This document shows positions 22,177-34,010 of a stretch of 64,000 nt of DNA, piece by piece (within the stretch, counting starts at the first letter, position 1; the number at the start of each line of letters is the position of its first letter). The stretch lies in contig OY740783.1 in assembly GCA_963514005.1 (NCBI GenBank), forward strand, positions 24,056,001 to 24,120,000. Reading direction: 5' to 3'. A program made the position numbers and the translations under genes. The notes under the pieces were generated by a model. The model did no database searches. It was not told the origin of the DNA and was given only the letters and a program-made list of their open reading frames with translations. Source of the DNA: Raja brachyura (taxonomy: Eukaryota).

Positions 22177-24606
22177 TCTATTCATTCTATTTGGTATGCG
22201 ATAGCACTATGATTTTCGCCAGCTTACTCACCGTTCCTCTGTGCTGCGATTGCACCAAGTTTCGTTTCGATCGGTGGTCTAATGTAAAAGTTAGCGACGT
22301 TTAAAAAACACGTGTGCACAGATGGATCTCCTCTCCTACCGTTAAGCGCCATGTGGATTGGTCTTTTCTCCAACCACTCCGCGGGATGGTCCGCCTCTTC
22401 CTGCGCCATCACATCTTTATTGAAGCTGCGGATAGCTGGCGGAGGTTTCCAACCGGACACAATTTTTGGAGGGAGCGGAAGCCCGGCGTGGCCCTGCCCG
22501 GCCCGAAACGGTAGATGTCGCCAAACGGAAAGTGGAGAATCTGATCCCGGCAGAGGAGCACGTCCAGCGAGCAGCGCCCGCTGTGAGTTCCCATCGCACA
22601 GTCTGCTCCAGCCCCTCCCCCACTGGTCCCCTTCGCTGGTTCTTGCGCCACTACCCTGTGATACCCTCCTCTCCCCCACAACCTCGTCTTTTCTCCAAGC
22701 TCTCTCCTCCATGCTCCCACAACCCCTTCCCCCCACAACACCCCCGCCCACACCCACCACTCCCCACCTGCCCCCACACCCACTTTCCCCCACAACCCTC
22801 ATCTTTCCTCTGAGCTTTCAACCCCCCGCACCCACACCCGCTCCCCATAACTCCCACACCCCCCTCCGCCTCGTCCTCCACAAACCCCACCACCACCCAC
22901 ACCCACCAACCCACATCTCCCCTGCCCACACTCCCCCCTTCCCCCACACCCGCCCTCACCCACCCCCCCACACCCCCTCTCCCCTCCCCCAGATATCCCG
23001 CCAAACCCCCACAGACTCCCATATCCTCCCCCACCCACCCCTCCTCCCCCCACATCAACCCCATCCACACACCACCACCCCACTCCCCCTCACAACCCTC
23101 CCACCCCAAGCCTCGCGCCACATGGCCACCCCGCCACACAGCGATAGGCCATGGGATCATTAGGCCACGGCAACAGAAGGCCACAGCAGCGCTCCCCCCC
23201 TCTGGCCCCCGACAGGCGCCGCCTGAGGCTGTCTCCCTCCCCTGGCTGCAGGCCGCTCCCCTCCTGACCCCGCCAGTCTCTGCCTGAAGCCATCTCCGTC
23301 CCCCGTCTACAGAACGTTCCCGCCGGCCCCTGCCTGAAGCCATCCAAGTCCCCAGCTGCAGGATGCTCCTATCACCACCAGCCTCAACTTGATGCCATCC
23401 CATCCCAAGCTGCAGGACGCTCCCCCACCTCCCACCAGCCTCCACCTAAATCCGACCTCGTCCCCAGCTGCAGGATGCTCCCCACTGGTCACCGCTTGAT
23501 GCCGGCGGGGAACGGCAGCTGTACGCCACGGCAGCGACTGGCCACGGCAGCGGTCGACCACAACAGTGATAGGCCACAGCAGTGGTCGACCACAACAGCG
23601 ATAGGCCACGGCAGCGGCAGCGGTAGGCCACAACAGCGATAGGTCATGGCAGCATTCTCCCCCCACCGGCCCCTGACAGGCGCTGCCTGAAGCCGTCCAC
23701 CTCCCCGACTGCAGGACGCTCCCCCCACGGCCCCCGACAGCCCCCGCCTGAAGCCGTCCCCCTCCCCCGTTGCAGAACGCAACAAGAGATGCAAGAAGAA
23801 AGAATGGACTGAATAAATCTCATGTTTAACGTTTAAATCGTTGCTATATTTTAAGTTATTCACATTTTAAACTTTAATAAATCCCTTTTCCACTTGCTGT
23901 GCCCGTCAGCTGTGCCTGCGCAGTTATACCTGAGTGGGTGGGAATGGCTGTGCCACCAGAGAGCCGCAAAGAGTGGATGGGGGGGGGGGGGGGGGTGGAG
24001 ATGGAGTGAGTGCAGGACACCCCCCGTCCCCCCTACTCCCACCAGCCCCCCACAGCCCCCGCCTGCAGGCGTCCCCCCTCCCCCGGCTGCAGAACACAAC
24101 AAGAGACGCAACAAGGATAAATGGACTGAATCAATCTCATCTTTAATGTTGCTATATTTTAAGAGTTATTCACATTTGAAGCTTTAATAAATCCCTTTTC
24201 CACTTGCCGTGCCCATCAGCTGCGCCTGCGCAGGAATACCTGCGTGTTCCACGTCACAATGGGAACCCAATGGGCGTGAGTGGCTGCGCCGCCGGAGAGC
24301 CGCTAAGAGTGGATTGTGGGGGTTAAGGGGGGATGAGGTGAGTGCGTGGGGGGGGGGAGGCCAAGAGGCGGAGTGGGGGGGGGTGAGGGGACGAGAGGGG
24401 ATCAGGAGATCAGGAGTGTCACAACAGGAACCCGTCAACCGTGCCTGCGCAGTTAGGGCCGATGGGTGAGTGGAGGAATATTGAACTGGAGGAACAGATT
24501 GGGTTGGGGGAACAGGTGAGTGGTGGAATAATGCGTTGGGGATGGGTTGCGTTGGGGTTCCAGGCCTCCAATGTGGCTTGGACCCAACAGGTCCCACCTA
24601 GTCTAG
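22177..24606 (+). mobile_element. Non-autonomous Helitron (~2.4 kb), GC-rich cargo with internal duplications
   Basis: 5' A|TC at 22177. 3' hairpin GGACC-CAACA-GGTCC (24580-24594) then CTAG|T at 24603-24606. Empty site CTGTCA|TAGAGTCATA is a LINE tail. Internal direct repeat at about 23735-23930 / 24050-24232. Confidence 0.75.
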
Positions 24607-24892
24607 TAGAGTCATAAAATCATACAGCACAGAAATAGACCCTTCGGCACATCTTGTCCATGCTGACCAAGATGCTTATCTAATATAGATAATGCCTGCA
24701 TTTAGCCCATATCACTCTAAATCTTTCATATCCATGTATCCATGAAAGTGTCTTTTAAATGCTGTCAAGGTATTGACCTCAATTACCTCCTCTGGCATCT
24801 CGTTCCATATTCTCACCACCCTTTGAGTAAATAAGTTGCCCTTCAGGTCTGTACTGAATCATGTCTCTCTCACTTTAAACATATTCCTAAGA

Positions 24893-25035
24893 TAGACACA
24901 AAAAGCTGGAGTAACTCAGTGGGTCAGGCAGCATCTCTGGGGAGAAGGAATGGGCGACGTTTCGGGTCTGAAGAACTACTCCAGCATTTTGTGTCTAAGT
25001 TCAGTGTAAACCAGCATCTGCAGTTCCTTCCTACA
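24893..25035. mobile_element. Penelope-derived palindromic element, internally deleted
   Basis: Inverted arms AGACACAAAAAGCTGGAGTA / TACTCCAGCATTTTGTGTCT. Confidence 0.75.
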
Positions 25036-25869
25036 CATATAACTTCATGCTAGTTTGGTGCAGTTATATTAAAATTGTTGCTTGCCTTTCATTAAAGCAC
25101 TGAAAATTGTCGAGTGGTGCCATGAGATACACTGTTGAGCTACTCAGTTGGATCTGATTCGCAAGGTTCAGGTGGTCACTCAAGACAGGATTTACTCAAT
25201 GAAAAATGCATAGGAATCATTATCCTGATTAATATATTTGCGAAGATGTGTCAGCAACATTAAATAATGATCGGTTCACTGTTCTCCACTTCGACGTTGA
25301 AGTGAAAAAAAAACATGAGATGGTTTGAAAGAACAATGCTTTCAAGAGCCTGCATGAGTAGTCCAATTAAAAGCAGAGTGGTTGCACTACACTGAAAACA
25401 AAGCATGGCTTTACAATGTCCTGCTTATGACATGCTTTTCCACTGTTCACTAATTTCCAGTCAGAAAAGTTATTAACCATCATGTTTCACATCAACACCA
25501 GACATCGAAAGTCTTTCCACTGGCATGAAGTTGTCAGCGTGTTTAATAAAAATTCAAAACCTTTGACTCCAATCAATTCAGAACTTGGAACTAATAAGAA
25601 TAACACCTCCAATAAATTATGTGATTAAATCTGATCTGCATGGGCATGTTATGGTAATTTAAAGCAGGTTGTTGCATTCTATGTATCTTTATTAAACCTC
25701 CAGGGTAGATTTCTGTTATGGTAAATAGGGAAGCATGTAACCGTAGCATTTTAATTAGACCAAATTTGCATACATAAATAAGATAAACTACTAGATTGCC
25801 CATGAATTATGGTGCAAATAGTATCAATTGAAGTAAAGTACCATATTTCTACCTGATACAATCATACTC

Positions 25870-26175
25870 TAGAGTTGCTACCTTACAGCGCTTATAGCAC
25901 CAGAGACGTGGGTTCGATCCTGACTACAGGTGCTGTCTGTATGGAGATTGCATGTTCTCCCTGTGACTGCATGGGTTTTATCCGAGATCTTCGGCTTCCT
26001 CCCATACTCCAAAGACGTACAAGTTTGTAGGTTAATTGACTTGGTATAAATGTGAATTGTCCCGTGTGTGTGTGGGATAGTGTTAATGTGCATGGATCGC
26101 TGGTCGCTGTGGACTCGGTGGGCTGAAGGTCCTGTTTCCGAGCAGTATATCTAAATTAAACTAAACTAAACTAAA
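25870..26175 (+). mobile_element. tRNA-derived SINE
   Basis: B-box GGTTCGATCC and (CTAAA)n tail. Confidence 0.8.
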
Positions 26176-29100
26176 TTATCTCTACTTTCTGCCATTCTTT
26201 GGCTAACCAATGCCATTTTTTTCATCAGCTGCTTAATCGTGTTCTGTGCTCTTTTTTATTCGTATGGCTGTATGGTGACCACAAATCTCACTGTACCAAT
26301 TGGTACATGTGACAATAAATGTCTCTTGTTTCTTAATAGCAAGATTTGGAATATCCCAGTAAACTTCTCAACCTCTCTATATCCTTATTTTTAAAGGCAT
26401 TCCTTGAAAGAAAACGCATTTGTCACCTGCCTGATCTCTGTGTAATTTTGGTTGACTGATTTTCCATGAAATATATTGGGACATTTTTACTACATTAAAA
26501 ACATTACATAATTGTTGGTAGCTGCAAGCAAAATGTCCACCCAGATCAATCCATCTCTCATTTGGTGCCTCTCATAGATTAGTTGTTCAGTGGCAGTGCA
26601 ATCTTGTTCTGTACTTCCACCAACTGAAGATCCTGATAGAAATCCACACGGTCACAAGGAGAATGTGCAAACTCCACACAAACAACAGCAAAGGCCAAAA
26701 TTAATCTGAGTCAATGGAGCTGTGAGACAATGGCATTGCCTGCAGTGCCTTATTGAATTGTACTCTGATGTCCTAATGCCCAACCTTCACCCCAGCTGCC
26801 TATACCTGTCTCATACCTCCGTTTTGCTGTCCAGACCCTCAATTTCTCTTGTTTCCTTACTCCCACCTGCCTTGCATGCATGTCCTGAATTCTCATCACC
26901 AAACTTTTAAAAGCCTCCCATTTTCTGGACTTCCTATGCCCACAAACAACCTTCTCCAATCAACTTTAGCGAGTTCCTGTCTAATACCATCAAAGTTGGC
27001 CTTTCCCAATTCAGAAATTGTGGACCTGCCCTGTGTTTATGAACATGAACCTACCCATAACTTTTTTTAAAGTTAGTAGAACGATGGTTGCTGTCCAAAA
27101 AGAGTCTCGCCCACAGACATTTCAGTCACTTGCCTTTCACAATTTCCTAGTAGATGAACCTTTGCCCTCTCCCTTGTAGAGCCCTTTATATATTGCCTGA
27201 TAAAACATCCTCTCCATCCCACCTAAGCCCTTGACACTTTGACAATCCCAGTCTATACTGGAAAAGCGAAAACCTCCTACTATGACAACGTTGTTAGACA
27301 TGCAGTTGCCTGCAATCTCCTGGCATATTTGTTATTCTAATTCCATTGTCTATTTGGAGGCCTATAGTACTTAACTCATATAGCCTCATTGGATGAACCA
27401 TCAGTAATGTCATCTTGGACTACTGCCGTGACATTCTCCTTGATCAAAGAAGCAATACCTCTTCCTTTTTTATGCTGCTCAGTTTCTCCTACAGCACCTG
27501 TACCCTGGAACATTAAGCTGTCAATCCTGTCCCGTTTTCAGCCAGCTTTTCATAATGGCTACATCCCAGTTGCACGTTCCTTGAATTGAATACTTTATTG
27601 ACACATGTGACAGGTCACAGTGAAATTCTTTGCTTGTATACCCAAGGTATGCAAATAGTCAACCATAAAGGGCTTTACAAAGTTACAAATTCCTCCCCAC
27701 CACCCCGTCCCAGTTCCCCTTTTGTTCTCCCCCTCCCTCCCTCATGGCGGTCCCCCCCCACGCCAGCTCCTCCATTGTTCCTTTCCTCTATCCACGCCCT
27801 GAGTTCATCTGCCTCGCCCATTATGTCTAATGCATGAAAATGAATGTGATTCAATCCAACAGTTCTTCCTCACTGTACCAATTGCCTATCCAGTTCCTGC
27901 CTATTATGTCACTGAACGTTCTTTCATCACCTTCCATACTGACTTCCAGCCTTCTCTCCTGCCTCAGTCCCGCATTAGATCTAGTCACCCGTGACAATCT
28001 AGTTTAACCCCACCCGTGTAGCACTAGCAAACCTGCCTGCCAGGATATTGGTCCCCCACCAGTTCAGGTACAACCCACCCCTCTTGTACAGGTCACCTCT
28101 GCTGCAGAACAAATCCCAACTGTAAATAAATCTGAATCCTTGCTCCATCGTTACCCCTCAGAAATGACTGCACATTTTGTTAAACGACTGCTTGCCAATA
28201 CTAATGCAGTGTTTCCTTTGAACTTGATGAATATGTAGTTATTTACCACAAATCTTTGACTCTTGGAGACCAGCTGATGTTCCCTCACCATTCGATGATT
28301 GACATTCTTGCACGCTATTGAGGTGATAAAAGCAGCACTGGTAATTAGCTTCCTCTAAAAACCACCTGTGATGTTTTGGGATACCAACTCGTTTGGGAAG
28401 AAGTTGCTTTACTCAAATGGATGAGAGTCAATTTGGCCATAAGTACCAATGTAACTGATGGAGCTGGCAAAGCAAGGGAACTGGCTAAAAGCCCTTTGGA
28501 TGTGTGAAGCCCTTATCTTGCTTCAGTTCAGAGGCAAATAATCAGACCTCAGGCAGGTGTATAACAGCCTCAGCAGCCAGTCCACCACTATTGACCCAAA
28601 GTTGCCTCTACACAGTATGTATCCCAGCATGTGAACATTACAGTCTTCATCCCTCCTCATAAGTGAAAGGAGCAGAATTAAGCCATTTGGCTCATCAAGT
28701 ATACTCCGCCTTTTAATCATGGCTGATCTATCTCTCCCTCTTAACCCCATTCTCCTGCCTTTTCCCCATAACCCCTGACACCCGTACTAATCAAGAATCT
28801 ATCTATCTCTAGATTCTCCATTTCAGCTACTGTAAAATCAGCATTGGATGTGCTTTCTTCTTTACATCATTGCACATTGCAATTTCCACTGTTGTGTTGT
28901 ATCGCTCTGAAATCTGTATTAATTTCCTTAAATGTCAACCAGGTCGTCTGAACAGTATCTACATTCAAAAATATTCTACAAATTCAAAGTAACACTGCCC
29001 CTAACCCCCTCTCTTTCCCTACTTCCTTCCAACCCAGTTCCATCATCTTCCACCAGCCTGGTCACCCTAATCCTTTCCCCTAATATGTATTCTCATCTCC

Positions 29101-29379
29101 CATCCCGAGTCCTATATTTCTCTTTTATTTCACCTCTTTTACTCCTCCTCACTGTCCCCTTCCACCTGTATTGCTACCTTCAACATTACCTTTCAGTTCT
29201 CCTCTTCTTTCCTTATATGATACCGTTTGTCTCGTTTCACTTCTATCCTTACTCCACGCAACACCGTCTGTCCATTCTCTCCATGAACACTGCCTCACCT
29301 GCTGAGTTCCTCCAGAAATGTGTTCTTTGTTCAAAAATACGTGCCTGTGTTTTTAAATAGAGGCCAATGTCATGCTTAT

Positions 29380-29661
29380 AGTTTAGTTTACTTTAGTTTC
29401 GAGATGCCGCATGGAGACTGGACCTTTGGTTCACTAAGTCCACGTTGATCAGCGATCATCCATACACTAGTTCTATCCTACACACTAGGAATAATTTCCA
29501 GAATTTATCTGCAAACCTGCATGTCTTTCGAAGTGTGAGGAAACTCACGCAGTCACAGGGAGAATGTCCAAATTCTGCACAGATAGCATCTTTAGTCAGG
29601 ATTGAACCTGGGTCTTTTGCATTGTAAGGTAGCAAATCTATCACCACGCCACTGTGCCGCC
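29380..29661 (-). mobile_element. tRNA-derived SINE
   Basis: (TTTAG)n tail at left; minus-strand head GGGCGGCACAGTGGCG at about 29661. Confidence 0.75.
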
Positions 29662-30136
29662 CACTGAGATAAGAGTATAATGCAACAAATAAAAAATTGG
29701 GACCTTCAAACATTTTTTTCACCATCACAGGAGTTATGTTATTTGAAATTGTATTGTGAATTGATATAACTTAATCTTTGTTATTATCTTTACCAAATAA
29801 TACTGAAGGTGTAATTGCTGAACTACTGAGAGAATGAGATATTCCTGGATGCATTATCCATTTTAAAAAATATTGAAAACATTCAGTGACACAAATCTGA
29901 AATTTCAGCACTTCTGGTTTCACTAACAACGTTATATAAACACAGTATGTATTCCTTTCCCAGAATCTCTGGAAACCAAATAACACAATTGCTTTATTAA
30001 ATTACACCCTAGGCAGTAAAAATATTTCCACAAAATGGTGATGAACTTCAGTGTTTGCCAGTTTCTCGTGACTTCAAGAACCATTCTCAGCCAGTTCACA
30101 CTCACAACACAAAGACAAAAGGGGCAGAATTAGACT

Positions 30137-30437
30137 TGGCTTACAGTGCTTATAGCGCTGGAGACCCGGGTTTGATCCTGCCTATGGGTGCTGTCTGTAC
30201 GGAGTTTGTACATTCTCCCCGTGACATGTGTGGGTTTTCTACGAGATCTTTGTTTTCCCCCCACATTCCCAAGACGTATAGGTTTGTAGGTTAATTGGCT
30301 TTGTATAATTGTAAATTGTCCTTAGTGTGTGGAGGATAGTGTTAGTGTGCGGAAATCACTGAGCGGAGCGGACTCGGTGGGCCAAAGGGCTTGTTTCCGC
30401 GCTGTATCTCCAAACTAAACTAAAACTAAGCTAAACT
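30137..30437 (+). mobile_element. tRNA-derived SINE
   Basis: Same family body and (CTAAA)n tail. Confidence 0.8.
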
Positions 30438-30967
30438 CAACGCACTTCTCCTTGTTCTCATCTCAAAAGAGAACAGATTCAATTTCCCTAATAAAGTCGG
30501 GAAATCTCAGCAAGTTCAGGCAACGTGCGGAGAGAGAAACAGGTCACATTTCAGATCAAAGACACTTCATCAGAATAGAATCCAAACTGATTTCCTTCAT
30601 CATTTGCAATAAGAAAACCCTCATATTTTAGGAATTCATATCTTCTGACCCTCTCCAATGGAAATATATCCTTTCTTAAATATTTTTACACTCTTTCCAT
30701 TTAGATAATAATCTGCCTTCTGAAACTTCCCACTGAAGTCCATATTTTCACACTTTACATTAAACTACATTTGCCAAGGTTTTAAGCACCCACTCAATCT
30801 ACTCTTGTCCTGTTGCAGAGTTCAAATATCCTCATTGCAATATGCCTCTCCATCTATTTTCATGCCATTAGCAAAATGTGGACACTATGCATTTTGCTCC
30901 TCGCCCGTCATTAATATAGATAGTAAATGAGAGCCAAAGATTGAAAGCCAAACTCTGTAAAAAAAAA

Positions 30968-31245
30968 AGCATGGAAACAGGCCATGCGGCCCACCGAGTC
31001 TGCGCCAACCAGCAATCACTCGTAAACTAACACTATCCTAAACACTAAGAGACAATTTACATTTCACAGAAGCCAATTAACCTACAAACCCATACATCTT
31101 TGGAAAGTGGGAGGAATCCAGAGGACCCGGAGAAAAGCCATGCAGTGACAGGGAGAATGTGTAAACTCCTTAGAGACAGCACACGTAGTCAGGATCAAAC
31201 CCAGGTCGCTGGCGCTGTAAGGCAGCAGCTCTATTGCTCCGCCCA
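30968..31245 (-). mobile_element. tRNA-derived SINE
   Basis: Reverse complement of the family consensus. Confidence 0.75.
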
Positions 31246-31801
31246 TGTTAACTATGTGATAACAAATGTTAACTCCATTTTAATTCAATTTCCACAATTC
31301 TGTCAGCTATTATTTTGAGTATTATTCCTTCCTGTGTGGCATCTTATCGTATGCCACTCAGAAACCCAAATACACCATATCTACACGTTCCCCTCAGAAA
31401 ATCTTGCTTATTATATCCTCAAAGAACACATGTATATCTCTCAAAAATGATTTCCTTTTCATAAAATCAGATTGAGTTGGATTGATTATTGGCATACATA
31501 TAGTGAATGATCAGATTGGCATTGATATGCCGAATGGACAGTTTTTTTCCCCACGGTAGGGTAGTCTAGATGGCATAGATTTAACCTGAGAGGGGAAAGG
31601 GTAAAAGGGGACTTCAGCTGCAACTTTGCAAACAGAGCTACATGAACGAGCTCCCTGGGGAAGTGGTAGAGGTTGGTACAAGTACAATGTTTAAAATATA
31701 TTTGGACAGGTACATGCATAGGACAGGTTTAGAGTTGTAGATGGATAAATTCATATGGAGTCTGGGATTTACATTCAAAACAAACTCTCTTTAATATATG
31801 T

Positions 31802-32597
31802 GGGTTACACAAAATGCTGGAGAAACTCAGCGGGTGCAGCAGCATCTATGGAGCGAAGGAGATAGGCAACGTTTTGGGCCGAAACCCTTCTTCAGACTGA
31901 TGGGGGATGGGGGGAGGCGGGGGGAAGAAAGGAAACAGGAGGAGGAGGAGCCCGAGGGCTGAGGCAGAGGTAGGAAGGGGAGGAGACAACAAGGGTTAAC
32001 AGAATTGAGAGATTTTGATGTTCATGCCAAGAGGATGCAAACTCCCCAAGCGGAATATGAGGCGCTGTTCCTCCAATTTGCGGTGTTGCTCACTCTGGCC
32101 GTGGAGGAGGCCCAGGACAGAGAGGTCGGATACGGAATGGGAGGGGGAGTTGAAGTGCTGAGCCACCGGGAGGTCAGGTTGGTTAATGCGGACCGAGCGG
32201 AGGTGTTCGGCAAAACAATCGCCAAGCCTCCGCTTGGTCTCACCGATATAGATCAGCTGACGTCTACAGCAGCGGATGCAATAGATGAGGTTGGAGGAGG
32301 TGCAGGTGAACCTCTGTCAGACCTGGAACTGCTTGGGTCCTTGAATGAAGTAGAGGGGGGAGGTAAAGCGACAAGTGTAGCATCTCTTGCGGTTGCAAGG
32401 GAAAGTGCCCGGGGAAGGGGTTGAGCGGGAGGGAAGGGAAGAATTGACAAAGGAGTTGCGGAGGGAGCGGTCTTTGCGGAAGGCAGACAGGGGGGGAGAT
32501 GGGAAGATGTGGCGAGTGGTGGGGTCACGTTGGAGGTGGCAAAACTGGCGGAGGACTATGTGTTGTATGTACCGGCTGGTGGGGTGAAAGGTGTGGA
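31802..32597 (-). mobile_element. Penelope-like element, 5'-truncated: GIY-YIG endonuclease + 3' UTR with hammerhead motif
   Basis: Minus frame not shown in the ORF track reads QRFTCTSSNLIYCIRCCRRQLIYIGETKRRLGDCFAEHLRSVR...PVAQHFNSPSH...RKLEEQRLIFRLGSLHPLGMNI. The 3' UTR has CTGAAGAAGGGTTTCGGCCCAAAACGTT and ends TGTGTAACCC. Confidence 0.9.
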
Positions 32598-33677
32598 CCC
32601 TGGTGTCTGAGGAGTGATTACCTAGAGTCTGAGGAGTGATTACTGCTTAGTATCCAGGCATAGACTCACTTAAGATCACTTTATTCGCAACTGGCCACGG
32701 AGACTTGACTAATGCAGTATCAATGACGTTTCAGCGAGGCTCCTGATTCACGCTTGAGGATCATCTTACATCTTGGACTTATCTTCTGTCGCCCACTGTC
32801 CACTTTGACCCATAATAGAAACAAAGAATTGCTGAGGCTGGTTTATACACAAAGTGCTGGAGTAACTCAGCAGGTCAGGCTCTGGAGAGAAAATGGAACG
32901 ATTCGGGTCTGGACCCTTCTTCAGTCTGGGAGCCTTTCTCACCCATTATTTTTCTCCGGAGATGCTACGTCAACCGTTGAATTACTCCAGAACTTTGTGT
33001 CTCGCTTTAAACCATTGTCTGCCTCGATCCATTGTGTTTCTTTTGCAAGAGGGCGAAAGAGGGTCTCTTAATGTCAACAAAATCGCTTGTTTTGTTTTTA
33101 CTTACAGTTTATCCTCAAAATCATATTTTTTTCCCTTGTTTAGCCTATTTTTATCCATTCCTTTTTAAAGAAATTCTTCCTTTCTGCCTTCGTACATTGC
33201 CTTTTTTTAAGTTGACGATATTGGTTTTTAACCTGAAGTGTTTACCCTCAAATTCTAATTTGGAATTCCACCATACTGTGAGCCTATTCCTTAGAGGTCT
33301 GTAACTACAAGATCTTTTATTAATACTAACTCATTACTCATAAGCACATCTAAAATAGTCTGTGCCTTGTTATGTTCTGTTCTGTTTTGCTTAAGATATC
33401 TAATACCTTATGCACTTCACAAATTCCTCTGCGGTAGTAGATTTGGCAATTTGATTGGAGACACAAGAGACTGCAGATGCTGTGAACTTGAGCACAAGGT
33501 GCTAGAGGAACTCAACAGGCCAGGCACCATTTGTGGTGGGTCTGAAGATAAGTCCCAACGCAGAACTTTGTCTATCTTTTTCCCTTCACAGATGTTGCCT
33601 GGCCTGCTGAGTTCCTCCAGCACCTTGTATTTTTGCCTGTTTGATTTTTCATGTCAAGAGTGTTTTAGTGTCACTAA

Positions 33678-34010
33678 TGGTGATGCAGTGGTAGAGTTGC
33701 TGCCTTACAGTGCCAGAGACCTGCGTTCGATCCTGACTGAACGGGTGCTGTCTGAACGGAGTTTGTACATTCTCCCTGTGTCCTGCGTGGGTTTTCTACA
33801 GGATCTCTGGTTTCCTCCCACACTCCAAAGACGTGCATGTTTGAAGGTTAACTGGCTTGGTATAATTGTAAATTGTCCCTAGTGTGTGGAGGATACTGTT
33901 AGTGTGCGGGGATCACTGGTTGTCGTAGACTCGGCAGGCCGAAAGGCCTGTTTCTGCACTGTTTCTCTAAACTAAACTAAACTAAAATAAACTAAACTAA
34001 ACTAAACTAA
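33678..34010 (+). mobile_element. tRNA-derived SINE
   Basis: B-box GTTCGATCC and long (CTAAA)n tail. Confidence 0.85.

Noticed and set aside
22224-24597. Many overlapping ORFs of 60-283 aa
   Set aside because: GC-rich, repetitive Helitron cargo that is open in several frames on both strands with no recognisable motif.
32005-32424. 139-aa plus-strand ORF
   Set aside because: Antisense shadow of the Penelope endonuclease frame.
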